Source of the DNA: Eledone cirrhosa
Taxonomy: Eukaryota
DNA: 64,000 nt
NCBI GenBank assembly: GCA_964016885.1
Contig: OZ024744.1
Span: 68,014,001 to 68,078,000 of the forward strand
Direction of reading: 5' to 3'
The position numbers and the translations under genes were made by a program. The notes beneath the pieces were generated by a model. That model searched no databases. It worked only from the letters and a program-made list of their open reading frames with translations, and was not told where the DNA came from. How positions within the stretch are numbered: the first letter of the stretch is position 1; each line of letters begins with the position of its first letter. Below are positions 52,451-64,000 of the stretch, piece by piece.

Positions 52451-55400
52451 CATCATCATCATCATCATCATCATTTTACGTTCGCTCTTCTCTGCTTGCA
52501 AGGGTGGGATGGGTCTTATTCAGCACAGCATCTTTCCACTTGTCACGGTCCTTCGTCATCTCCACCGTGAGCTTCAGCGATCTGAGGTCTGTTCTCACCA
52601 CCTCCGCCCATGTTTTTCGTGGTCTACCTCTACCACGTCTTCCTACAACTGGCAATTCCTGGCACTTCTTCACCCATCGGTCATCCTCCATGCGCATCAC
52701 ATGTCCATACCACCTCAGTCTCCTCTCCCGTACACTACATTCTATCCCTCTCAGACACAGTTTCTCTCTCAACACATTTATGCTGGGTCGTTCAGGCACA
52801 TTGACACTGCACATCCAATGGAGCATGCTTGGCTCATTTCTCTCCAGCCGTCGCATATCCTCTGCAGTTGCTGCCCATGTCTCACTACCATGCAGCATCG
52901 CGTTCCTCACACAGGCATCATATAACCGGCCTTTCGTACGCAGGGAGAAACCCTTCTTCGTCAGCAGAGGAAGCAGCTCCCTAAACTTCTTCCAACCCGT
53001 CCTTAGTCTAGATACTATGGCCTCGGAACACCCCCCCCCCCATACTAATCTGATCTAGGTACCGGAAGCTATCCACCACTTCTATAGCACCCGCCTGCAT
53101 TTGAAAAATGTGTCTATCAATGCGACTTCTACTGTCTAATTTCCCTGTACATCTACTGCATACATATTTCTCCCTACCTGTTAGTTTGCCTGCTATCCCG
53201 CTACATCTCTTGTGTACCCAGGATCTGCATCGTGTGCATTTTATAGAATTTATGCCAGTTCCTTTTCTGCATATCGAACATGGCCATTTCCCTGACGGAA
53301 TCAGGGTTTTGTCCTCTTTTCTACTCATCAACACTTTTGTCTTAGCTAGGTTCACTCTCAGTCCTCTTGCTTCCAACTGCTATTTCCATAGCCAGAATTT
53401 ATTCTCTAGCTCCTCTACTGATTCTGCTATAAGAACCAGATCGTCAGCATAGAGAAGTTCCCATGGACAGCCAGTCTTAAACTCCTCTGTTATGGCTTGG
53501 AGGACTATAATGAACAAGAGCGGGCTGAGGACCGAACCTTGATGTACTCCTACCTGTATCTGGAATGCCTACCTAAACTCCATTCCTACCCTGACTTTAC
53601 TGACAGTACCTCTGTACAAAGTTTGCACTGTCCTCACAAGCCATTCCTCAACACCTAGCTTCCTTAGGGACCACCAGATGACAGATCGGGGTACCCTATC
53701 AAAGGCCTCCTCTAGGTCAACAAAGGCTAAGTACAGTGGCATATTTTTCTCTAAGAACCTCTCTTGCAATTGTCTCACCAAGAAGAGGGCATCTGTTGTA
53801 TTCTTCCCAGGCACAAAACCAAACAGCATCTCATCTAGTTTGACCCTTTCTCTAATTAGTTGTGCTAATATCCTTTCTGCCACTTTCATAACCTGATCTA
53901 TCAGTTTTATACCCCTATAATTACTCCTCTCCAGAGCATTCCCTTTACCTTTATAGCAATTTATGAGAATACTGCTGCACCAGTCTTTGAGTATAACACC
54001 ACCATATATAGCCTGATTGATGATGCATGCAACCAGTTTAGTGCCTACGTCCCTTGATGCCTTCAGCATCTCAACAACTATTCCCGATGGTCCAGCAGCC
54101 TTACCATTTTTCATTTCCTTCATCGCCTCTTGGACCTTATATTCCTCAATCTCTATAGCCGGTCTCTCTGTTGGATCTACTGAGGGTAATTTTTCTCTCT
54201 CCCATTCGTTCTCCACATTCATCAGTCTCTCATAATGACATTTCCAGGCCTCCTTTTTCTGATCATTCGTGACACTAAATACACCGGTATCATTCCGGAC
54301 ACATTTATCTCCAACAACATCCTGATTTGCATTGACACACTGCCTTGCAATGTGGAACACCGCACGCCTCTGATCTTCCCGTCGCAGAACATTGGCAAAC
54401 CTCCTACTCTCAGCCTCCCTGCATGCTAAGTACACCTGACGTCTAGCTTCTCTCTTAGCGGCTGTATATTCTTCCCTACTCCCACCCTTTTTCCAAGCCT
54501 TCCATGCTAGTCTTTTGTCTCTAATGGCCTTATCTACTGTGCTGTTCCACCACCAGGTCACTCTCTGTCTGGTTGGAGCTCTGCTACAGCCACAAGTTTC
54601 ATCAGTAGCCTGCAGTAAGTTGTCACGTAAGAAATTCCAGTTATTATCTATGTCATACGTCTCTAAATCGTCTTCTTTTTCGCCATACACATCTTGAAGG
54701 GCTTCGCTAAATTTATATTTTAATGAAAGGTCTTTTGGCTTCCAGACCTTTCTTTTCCACGCCTTCCTGTATGTCTCATTCCATCTCTTGCTTACTGAGA
54801 TATCACTAACGACTAACCTATGTTGTGGGGTACATTCTTCCCGAGTGTATGCCTTGGTATTTGACACCATCTGTCTGTCTCACTGTCTAACTAGTAAGAA
54901 GTCAATCTGGCTTATGTGGTCGCCAGATTTGTAGGTTATTAGGTGGTTGGCAGGTTTCTGGAAGTTCGTGTTGCAAATAGTCAGTGTACTTGCATCACAA
55001 AATTCAAGAAGTCTCACTCCTTCTTCATTTCTTGAGCCGTAACCGTGCCCACCATGTACCCCAGTGTAACCATTCTGGAGCTGTCCAACATGACCATTGA
55101 AGTCCCCTGCTAGCATAACGATGTCTCCATCCTCTGTCATTGCGGTTGTTTGTAAAAGTTTCTCATCTTTGCCTAGGCCTGTCTGGGGAGCATAGGCAGA
55201 GATGATTGTCAGTAGTCTCCTGCCTACAACTAATCTAAGCTTAATTATTCGATTACTAACTCGAACTACCTCTATTGTCTTATTGATCCATCTCTCAGCC
55301 AGGAAAATTCCCACTCTCCCTAATCCATCATCCTTACCTACCCAGAAAAGCTTATAGCTAAGATGTTTGCCTGCGACTAGTCTCGCAGAGGCACCTCTCC

Positions 55401-55470
55401 ATCTCACCTCTTGCACGCAGCACACATCCACATGCCTTCTCTCCAACATCTCTAACACTGTTTCGATATT
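52451..55470 (-). mobile_element. Near-full-length RTE LINE (APE and RT) with a few frameshifts or stops
   Basis: VCCVQEVRW, SAYAPQ, GDFNGHVG, SQIDF, QHRLV (APE); NYRGIKL, FVDLEEAFDRV, YADD; PHD-like CSIC..CTRC..HKRC..CSRC; (GAT)n tail at 52451-52473. Confidence 0.93.
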
Positions 55471-55780
55471 CCGGGCCACACCTGCAAAAGAAGTGGCCCC
55501 TTTTTCAGCCTCACCACTATTGCTGCTGCTACTGGTCTTGCTGGTGGTGCTGAGATCGCTGTTACTGGTATTCATGTCATTGTTGTTGTTTTCGTTGATA
55601 CTGTTGCTGCTATTACTGTTATTGTAGCTGTTATTATTGTTGTTTTTGTTGATACTGTTCCTACTATTATTGTTGTTGTCATTGTTATTGTCTTTTTCGA
55701 CCTTACCGCTGTTATTTTTGTTGTTGGTGTTGTTATTGATGGTGTTGTTGTTGGTGTTGTTTGTTTTAGTAATATTTGGT
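55470..55780 (-). other. Asn/Ser low-complexity coding-like segment, probably the Tx1 ORF1 N-terminus
   Basis: (AAC)n-rich, ends GATSFAGVAR, in frame with RTE APE in track ORF 54880-55905. Confidence 0.45.
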
Positions 55781-56299
55781 AATTTTAAATCTGTAACAAT
55801 ATCATTGAAAATGATATTGTTCCTCTTTTCCTTCGTAATATTTTCTTTCAGAATAAAAATATAAACAGAGCATATGAATAAATTTACAGTAGAATAACAT
55901 AACAAATATGTTTTAAATATATAACATTACATTTTCGCATATTTGAATATAACTGACCCGTCGTACCATGTAATTTACACAAACTCACAATTTCTGATTT
56001 TACTGTGGATTTACCCATGCGAAATATTACACAAACTCACAACCTTAAATTTTGTACTTCTAACGTTTTTATTTTCCTTCTCTTTGCATGTTCAGTGCTC
56101 TTTCTCTCCCACTGTATTTACCTGCCTCTCACATGACCACACTCCTCTCCACGCACTCATAATCTTCACCCCCCTTTTCCACTTTCTATCCCTGCCTCTG
56201 CTCGCCCCTTACTTCGTCCTCACGCACAGCCCACCTATGTATTCGTTCAACCTGTTGGTAGCCCGATGTTTCAATCGAACTATCACCCGTGATTGCCGA

Positions 56300-59200
56300 T
56301 TGATAAAGTTGCCACCATTTTAACCTAGTCCACTCTAGGTGGCGGTGGCATGCGTCGAACAACCAAGAGACCTGCTTGGTGGAACGACTGACAACCGGTC
56401 AGCCTTCGACCTCTCATTCTCCACCAACTTCGGCACGCACGAGAGGAGCTAACTTGTCCTCATCTACCCCCTCCTCCCCTTCACCGCAGATTCCGAGCGA
56501 ATCCAACCCGGCCAACCCCACCACCCCTACAACTGTTAGCTCACCACCCAACCTCCGCACTAGTCCCACCGTTAGAACCACTGCTACCTCCTTTACTGAC
56601 TCACTCACTCCACCGAATCCTAACGCTGGCCCTCTACTGCCGGCTGCTGCCAGCTCACCACCTGCTTGCGCTCTCTGTGCCCGCACTAGCCGGTACTTAA
56701 AGACAATTAAATGTCACCTACGCTACGCAAGCTACCACAGAAGCTGTGTCGGCATCACCAAAGCTCAAGCCGAAAGGCTTCAACACTGGACCTGTAATCG
56801 GTGCCACTTCAGCTCCGACGTATTCCGTGGGGATGCCCCAAGCTTCGATGACCAACTCTCTACCGAGGACTTTGCCACAGCCCTCCAGGGTTTCTCCAAA
56901 TCTAAGCTCATTAACCGGATCCCTAAGGGAGCTCAGAATAGCTTTACACGTGCCCTCCCTAATTTATTGAAAAACGTTTGCTCGTCCAACAATAGGTCTG
57001 ACTGGCAGAATTTGTTTTTGTTTCCCCTCATCTCTCTTCACGTGCACAATGCGAATTCGGGTTCCCTCACGTCCTCTCTCAAGCGGCAGTTCCAGCTGTT
57101 TGAGTCCACCCCAACCACGTCTCATCTCAGTTAGACATCGAGCTCGGTGTCCACCAACAGACAACTGGTAGACCTCAAGCGAGCGGTCAATGCCAAATTC
57201 AACGAATTTGACATTAAAGGGACTGTCCGTCTCCTCCCTTCTCTGTCCTCTCTTGCTCCGTGCAACTCTGATTCTCTTGAGCAATTGAAAGATAACCACC
57301 CATCGGCACCCCCAGATGATCAGCTACACTGGCCCAAACCACCAGATACTCGAGACCGGTTTACACCACCGATATCATCAGAAAGGCGATTTCATCCTTC
57401 CCCGTTGGGTCAGGCGCGGGAATTGACGGCCTTCATCCTCGACACCTCAAGGATGGTATCTCCTTATCGGCCGGTGATGCCGGACTCAAGCTCTTGGAGA
57501 GTCTGACTCAGTTTGTGAATCAGTTCTCCTCAGTGAATGTTTTCCCGTTCATCCGCCCACTGTTCTTCGGTGCGAAGCTATTTGGTCTCACCAAGCCCAA
57601 CGGGAACCTGCACCCCATTGAGGTTGGCTGCACCCTTCTCCGCCTCACTGCAAAGGCGTGTTTGCTGTTGGTCTCCGACTCACTGGCGGAGAAATCCTCC
57701 CCCATCCAGCTGGGGGTGGGTACCAAGTTGGGATATGAGGCTGCTGTCCACGCTACCAGAACATTTACCAACTTGCCCTCCTCGTCCCCCAAGGTCATCC
57801 TCAAACTTGACCTCAGGAACACCTTTAACTCCATCAGCCGCGACGTTGTCCTCGGCTCAGTAAGAGAGAGGGTCCCACAACTCTATCACTTTGCTTGGCA
57901 GGCTTATCGGGAGCCCTCGTAGCTCTCTTTCAGTAACCAAATCATCACCTCTACCTCTGGAATCCAACAGGGTGACCCACTCGAGCCCGCTCTGTTTGCA
58001 CTGGGCATTGATGACGTCATCAATGTCTGGTACCTTGACGACGCCTGTTTAGGGGGAACTCCGGATATGGTTCTCGCCACTGCCAACAAGGTGGTTGAGG
58101 AACTTGGGCGCCGGGATCTCCAGATCAATAGCTCCAAATGTGAGCTTTGGATCCTCAACGACCCGGCTTCTCAACACCAACAGCTAATCAACCTGTTTGC
58201 AGAGTCCTTCCCTTCAATCGCGGCGGTCCCTCCCCCATCGGCTTGGTGCTCCTTAGGAGCCCCAATCACAGACCTTGCCTTCGAGTCAATCTTCCAATCG
58301 AAGATGGTTGGCCTTGAGCAGCTGCTGAAGAATATTGAAGTTATCGAACCCATCAAGGTTTCTTCATACTCAGGAACTACCTGTCTATTCCTAAGCTTCT
58401 GTATCTGCTCAGGGTCAGCCCCTCTCACAGATTTCCGTCCTGCCTCCAACGCTTCGACGACCTAATATTCGAGAGACTCGAGTGCCTGGTCAATGTTATA
58501 CTCTCTCCAGAGTCCCGCGATCAGGCTGCGTTGCCCAAGCAATTTTAGGGGTCTTGGTCTTCGTAAGTGTTCGTCCATCGCTCATCCCTGCTTCCTTTCC
58601 TCCACCCATGCTTGCTCCACCCTGGTGAGCAGCATCCTCTCCTCTCCAATATGGACTAGTTCCAACAGGGAGTTGGGTGAAACTCTCCAGCAATGGAGTG
58701 AGTTGGGCTTGTCCCTTCCTGAGAAGGTGGAGGACAGTCGAAGTCAGAGAACTTGGGACAGCATAAGTTCGAAGGCCACCTTCGACACCATCTTCGTCCA
58801 GTCAGATCAGTTTGCAAGGTGCCGCTTACTATCTGCCAGCACCAAATACTCAGGCGACTGGGTCGATGCCCTACCCGTGGCCAACGTTGGTGGCCTACTC
58901 AGCCTGGACGAACTTCGTGTCTCCATCGCCCTCAGAGTGGGAGCTGACGTCTGCATGGGTTTAAGGTGCCGATGCGGCAAACTCTTCGACTCCACAGGTC
59001 TCCACGGTCTTTCTAGCCGCTTGAATGCCGGCCGCTTCGCATGTCACATGGATCTAACCCTCCCGGGCGAACATCCCCTCAGTCTTAGAACCATCTGGGT
59101 TGTCCAGAAGTGACGGCAAAAGACCTGACGTCCTTACCCTGTGCCCTTGGTCGAGAGACAGGTGCCTTGTCTGGGACGTCACTGTTAGTGACTCTTTTGC

Positions 59201-59600
59201 ACTCTTCCTCATCCTGAATTCTGCGGTTAGGACGAGAGCCACAGCTTCTGCAGCCGAGTGGAGTAAGATCCTCAAATACTCTGATCTGTCGTCCAGCTAC
59301 ATTTTTCCGCCTGTGGCTTTCGAGACGTTTGGGGGAGTTGGGCCACTGACTGCGAGGTTCCTCTCTTCACTGGCGGCTCGCCTAATAGAGGTAACTGGCG
59401 AATCTCACGAGGGCGCTTGGTTGTTCCAGCGCATTAACCTCGCCATCACCCGAGGCAACGTTGCGAGTGTGCTGGCTTGCCTCGAAAATCATTAGAGAGG
59501 TCGTCCAGCACCCGTCGCTGCTGTCTTTTGCTCTGGTGTTGGCTTGGTTGTTCACCCCTTCCTTTACATTTTCTTTAATATTGCAACATTAAAAGAATAT
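56300..59600 (+). mobile_element. CRE-clade non-LTR retrotransposon (PHD-like finger, RT, RLE), frameshifted
   Basis: CALC..C...YHRSC...WTCNRC; KPNGNLHPIEVG, QLGVG, LKLDLRNTFNSI, GIQQGDPL, WYLDD; CRCG...H; RSDGKRPD, WDVT, PVAFETFG. Confidence 0.88.
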
Positions 59601-59970
59601 ATCCTTCTGAAAGAATCGCGAGCAATTTATAATGTTATCTATGCATTTGTAATGTTATTTATGTATATACTAGCAGTTTAGCCCGGCGTTGCTCGGGTTT
59701 GTTAATTTGCTATGAAAAGTTACATACAGTTAAACGTAGCTTGAAAGCGCATAAGCTTATCAATTAAGTACATAAAGCAGTTGAACCGGTTGTTAATAGT
59801 TTCGAACCAATTAGCATTTTGGACAATCAATGATAGGTTAATAATCTTCCAATAGCGAATTTAGTACATCAAAGTTGCAAGATGGTGGCTCTGATGCCGC
59901 TGGGTGTCAGATCTGACCGTTATGGGTGACCCTACCAGTTTTCCAGATAGCATAGCTCCAGCACCAACAT

Positions 59971-61316
59971 CTATAGCACCTCTTTGTAGACGATATTGCG
60001 TATCATCCCTTGAGAAGTGTAAGCAAAAAGTCCATTCCTGCTCCCTACGCGGGAGCAGGCAACATAAAGTTGGCCATGGGAGAAGCATGGCTCCCCCAAA
60101 TGGATGCCCGCCACCGACAATGTTTGCCCTTGTGACTTGTTAATAGACATGGAAAAACATGGTCTCACCGGGAATTGGGATCGCCGGAAATCGAACTGGA
60201 TATCTGACGCCGAGGGGAAAAGGTTCATACTTGAAATGAAAACATTCTCCCCTTTCCCGCACCCCGTTACAATGGTGGCCTCAATCAAGTGGGGCGTCAG
60301 TGACTTGACGACCATGCGAGTACCGTTGCACTGCTTTGGTGGACGCAAGTTCCTTATTAGCATAATGGGACAGCCAACCCTAAGCTTAAGAATGTGAGGT
60401 GGGAGCCCTGGGGGCTCAAGGGAATTTAATAACTCAACCGGATAATTAACGATATCGTCGAGTCTGACGTCCGGTCGATAGATTTGAAGATGTGTTCTTT
60501 ACCGGGAAACTTCTCAATCAGCTGCTGGTTAATAAAATTAACCATGGCATTTTTCGGAGCAAGGATGGCTCTTTCGCTGAGCCAATCGAGGTTTTTAAAG
60601 TTAGATGAGACATTAGGAAAAACTGCTTCCCAAAGGTCAGAAGAGCTGCTCACAATGTTGCACAGGGAGTCGATTGCTATGCCGCCCTTGTCATCCGCAG
60701 GGACCTTGCCCTCACCAAGTGCTAAAATATTCTGAGCAATTGCTGCAGACATGTTGTCACCATGCAAATGAGCACGCATATTTGTGCTCAGGTACAAACT
60801 CTTCACCTAGAGCCACAACATGGACGACTTAAGGCAGGCACGCACTTCATCAGCTCTTGTCCCTTTGGGTATGACAGGCAGCGTTTGCTGAAAATCCCCT
60901 GATAGCAGAAGGGTTACGCCACCCATAGGAGCCGTAGAATCCCTAATGTCTTTCAGGTTCCTGTCCAATGCCTCAAGGGCACCCTTGTGTGCCATTGTGC
61001 ACTCATCCCAAACAATGAGGCAACATTTTTTGAGAACCAGAGCTTCGTGTGAGCTCTTGCTGATATTGCATGTTGGTGTCTCAGTTTTTACTAAATCCAA
61101 GGGGTGTTTAAAGGTTGAATGTGCTGTCCTGCCTCCCGGCAGCAAAGTAGCAGCGATCCCAATCGATGCAACGGCCAACGCAATTTTTTTCTCGTGACGA
61201 ATCTTAGCGAGAATCAATTTCGTTACAAAAGTTTTTCCGGTAGCCCCAGGAGCATCGAGAAAGTAAATACCCCCAGTCTGATTTTGAACCGCGTCAATGA
61301 TAGTTAAATAGGCCAA
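59971..61316 (-). pseudogene. Helitron PIF1-family helicase domain
   Basis: [67 protein letters not shown]; one stop and a frameshift. Confidence 0.92.
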
Positions 61317-61355
61317 ACTTTGGTCCGACAGAAGTTTGGGCTCATTTTCCTTTAA

Positions 61356-62840
61356 TTATTGAGAAAGAGATTCGATGTCATATGCTGTTTCCCGCAACAA
61401 ATCCGGAGCCAACGTGTTAGCTTCTTCTCTGACGGTTGACGGCAAGCCATACGTCGCCAACTCACTCCCACCCATGTCGAGGAGGGCGTCCTCGATATCA
61501 ATGAGTGCCCTGTTGTAGATAATGTCGCTGTAACCAACTTCCACTGAAGTATACTGCAGATGAGCCAGGCGCAGGAAATCCTCAGACATGAAGTCTCTGT
61601 AATTGACCCATAAATATTTGGGATCACCCAATTCACACTTTTGAAGCACAGTGGCAAAGAGTTCCCGTAGACCTTTAGGTGATTTCAACAAAGCACCCTC
61701 TGCTAAAGTGGAATCCCATTGCGAATCATCTTCCAAAAGACCACGCTTAAAGCAGGCTTCCCGGTACGTATCACATATTTCTCCATCAACAGTTTCGAGG
61801 TCCTGAAAACGTTGTGGGCCTACAACTTCATGCAGAAGAAGGCGGAGATGAAAGCACTCATGCTGACTTGGGGGTACAGTGTAAACCCTTCCAAGACAGC
61901 TGTCAAATTTTACACCAGGATGTCTTTCAGCAGCCTGACCTGACTTTCTTCGCACCCAAGTGTTTTTCGACCATATAAAGTAGAATGGAACCTGGGAGTA
62001 CACAATTATTTGCGCAAATGTATCGAACTGGCAAAGTTTGGTCCGTAAAGTAAACCCTTTGCCCATTTTCAAAATGTACCGCAAGCTGTACCGCAAGATG
62101 GCGGGGTGACGTTGGTGTAGGGGTAAACCAAATAGGCGCCCAAAAGCTTTATTGCTACTGATGTACCGACCCGCCAGGTATTCTGTGACCTCGTCCCTGC
62201 TATTTTCAGTTTGAAATGCGAACATTGCGGCATCAGAGCCCTTATTTACATATTTGCATATGTATTTTATCGACTTGACGGAAATGCAAAACTCAACGTT
62301 GATGTGGGCGTTGAACATCTTCAAGAGAAGCGGGCAGTAAGGGACCACCCATCTATTGTCGACTTGACCTCCCCTTACTGTTGTGGTGAAGCCACCGTTC
62401 TCGGGCCGTCTCCGCCTGTACAGGGGGTACCAGTCGCCAGCAGTCTGAGTTTGGTCAACAAATTTGTTTGGGTATCCCTTACTGCACGACCCCCCTCCAG
62501 ACACGAGTTATGCTCATTAGGACCCGACGCACACGGACCATGTTAGCTTTGACGATGTCATGTAATTCCTGGTCAGTTGCTGGGTTAGGGATTTCAGCCG
62601 AAATGAAGCTGTCTATGGCATTTGAATTGATTTTATCAGCTAACTAAATCAAAATATTAGCATGTGGCAGCCCTCGTTTTTGCCATTCGACGGTGAACAT
62701 GTCACATTTTACAGGCCCAAATACCTGACTTTTTTTTTATTAAAGCCATGAGTTTAGCCAGTTTCAGTCTGAACACTCTGGCAATGAGGTCATGTCTGTT
62801 CGAATAATTTTGCCCAGGAAAAAGTTCACGGGCTACATTC
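61356..62840 (-). pseudogene. Helitron Rep (HUH endonuclease) domain
   Basis: VEWQKRGLPHANILI (~62650-62695), MVRVGP, YPLYRRR, DNRWVVPY, HINVEFC..VKSIKYICKYVNKGSD. Confidence 0.9.
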
Positions 62841-62959
62841 CGATTCATATGTCTATAGCATTAATCTGTTATATGAAGTGTTATTTTGCGGGTTGTTATT
62901 TGCAATAAGCCGATTGAAAATGCCCCAGATAAACCGTATGCCAATACGGAACGCTCAAT

Positions 62960-63560
62960 ACGGAACGCTCCACTGCAGTGTTGTCATATAGGGAGTGAAG
63001 AGCGACAGAGAGAGTAAAGCAGTTAAATTATAGAGAGGGGGAATATACGGAACGCTCCACTTGATCATATACATTGTTTCTCTCTCTCTGCAGTGTTGTC
63101 ATATATGGAGTGAAGAGCGACAGAGAGAGTAGAGCAGTTAAACTATAAAGAGGAGGAATGATCATGATCTATTTTTGCCCTTATTGTTGATTGATTTGAA
63201 ATTTTTTTGCTTCTTGACATCTGTTGCTTTTTAATATTTGTTATTTGATGTAAAATGTAAGTACGTGTATGTAAAATGTAACGTTGAGAGAGCAGTATGT
63301 ATTTAGTGTTATCGGCTTTTTAAATTTTGATATTTGATGTATGAGTGTCGCTTAATTATCAAAGTTTTTTTCGCGTTCCCGAACGAAGAGGGGGAATGAT
63401 CTATTATAGAGAGAGGGAAGAGTTACGGAGAGAGTGAAGTTAAGTAGCCATAAGGAGGTGTGTTAAACCTCGAAGCATGAAGAGAGTAAAGCAGTTAAAT
63501 TATAGAGAGGGGGAATAATTTATTGTAGAGAGAGGGAAGAGCGACGGAGAGAGTAAAGCT
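62960..63560. repeat. Internal direct repeats in the presumed Helitron 5' region
   Basis: gagtgaagagcgacagagagagtaaagcagttaaattatagagagggggaat recurs 4-5 times in full or in part. Confidence 0.75.
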
Positions 63561-64000
63561 ATGGTTGTTGTATAAATCGATGTGTTGCTTAGGTTTCAAA
63601 GTTTGTGTCGCGTTCCTTCAAAAGAAGTTTTGTCGTTGTTCTAAACTGTAATGGTGATAGGGTAGTAGACGGAGGCAGTAACCTTTTAAAGAGAGTTGCA
63701 GAGGAGATTGAGAATGGAGTAGAGGAAAGGATGAACCTTTTAAAGAGAGTTGCAACATGTATGTAGTTTCATATATTTTTTGATGGTAGTAGTGAGAGGA
63801 ATGAAGCGTGTAAGAGAGAGGGTTACAGCATGTATTTAGTTTTATCGATTTTTTTTATAGAAGCAGGACATTTTTGGCAAAAATAATTACGTATTGACCT
63901 GACTTGGTAAATTTGGAGCACATTGGGGAAACATCATCAAAATCGGTAGAGAAATGTGGAAATGCATAAAAATCATACACACACACAGACAGACATCTAC

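Larger units (their letters stand above)
59670..64000 (-). mobile_element. Helitron (Rep/PIF1 helicase), degenerate; 5' end probably beyond window
   Basis: Canonical 3' end on minus strand: hairpin cccgagcaacgccggg then CTAG|T; Rep/helicase coding remnants to ~62840; extent beyond 62840 inferred. Confidence 0.88.

Overview
Eukaryotic, AT-rich, microsatellite-dense DNA made almost entirely of transposable elements. The repeat complement suggests an octopus or other coleoid cephalopod (inference only). I cannot support any host protein-coding gene, and most short ORFs in the track are translated (TA)n/(CA)n repeats or antisense shadows. Recognisable elements: RTE LINEs (one intact RT-to-tail copy at 17.3-19.2 kb, one near-full-length copy at 52.5-55.5 kb), L1/Tx1-like LINEs, a CRE-like restriction-like-endonuclease LINE, an R4/Dong-like remnant, a Helitron plus a 470-bp non-autonomous Helitron, DD37D (maT)-type Tc1/mariner elements, hAT and piggyBac-type MITEs, and two SINE families. 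The most striking signal is a cluster of Penelope-like elements (PLEs). A young Naiad-type RT/GIY-YIG element (32.9-38.9 kb) has two ~2.35-kb near-identical inverted arms, each carrying a minimal hammerhead ribozyme. At least seven canonical-core hammerheads occur in the window, six with covarying stems and one with a very long stem II. There is also a candidate U3-A8 core-variant family and a series of short fold-back insertions in (TA)n tracts. All coordinates and alignments were read by eye.
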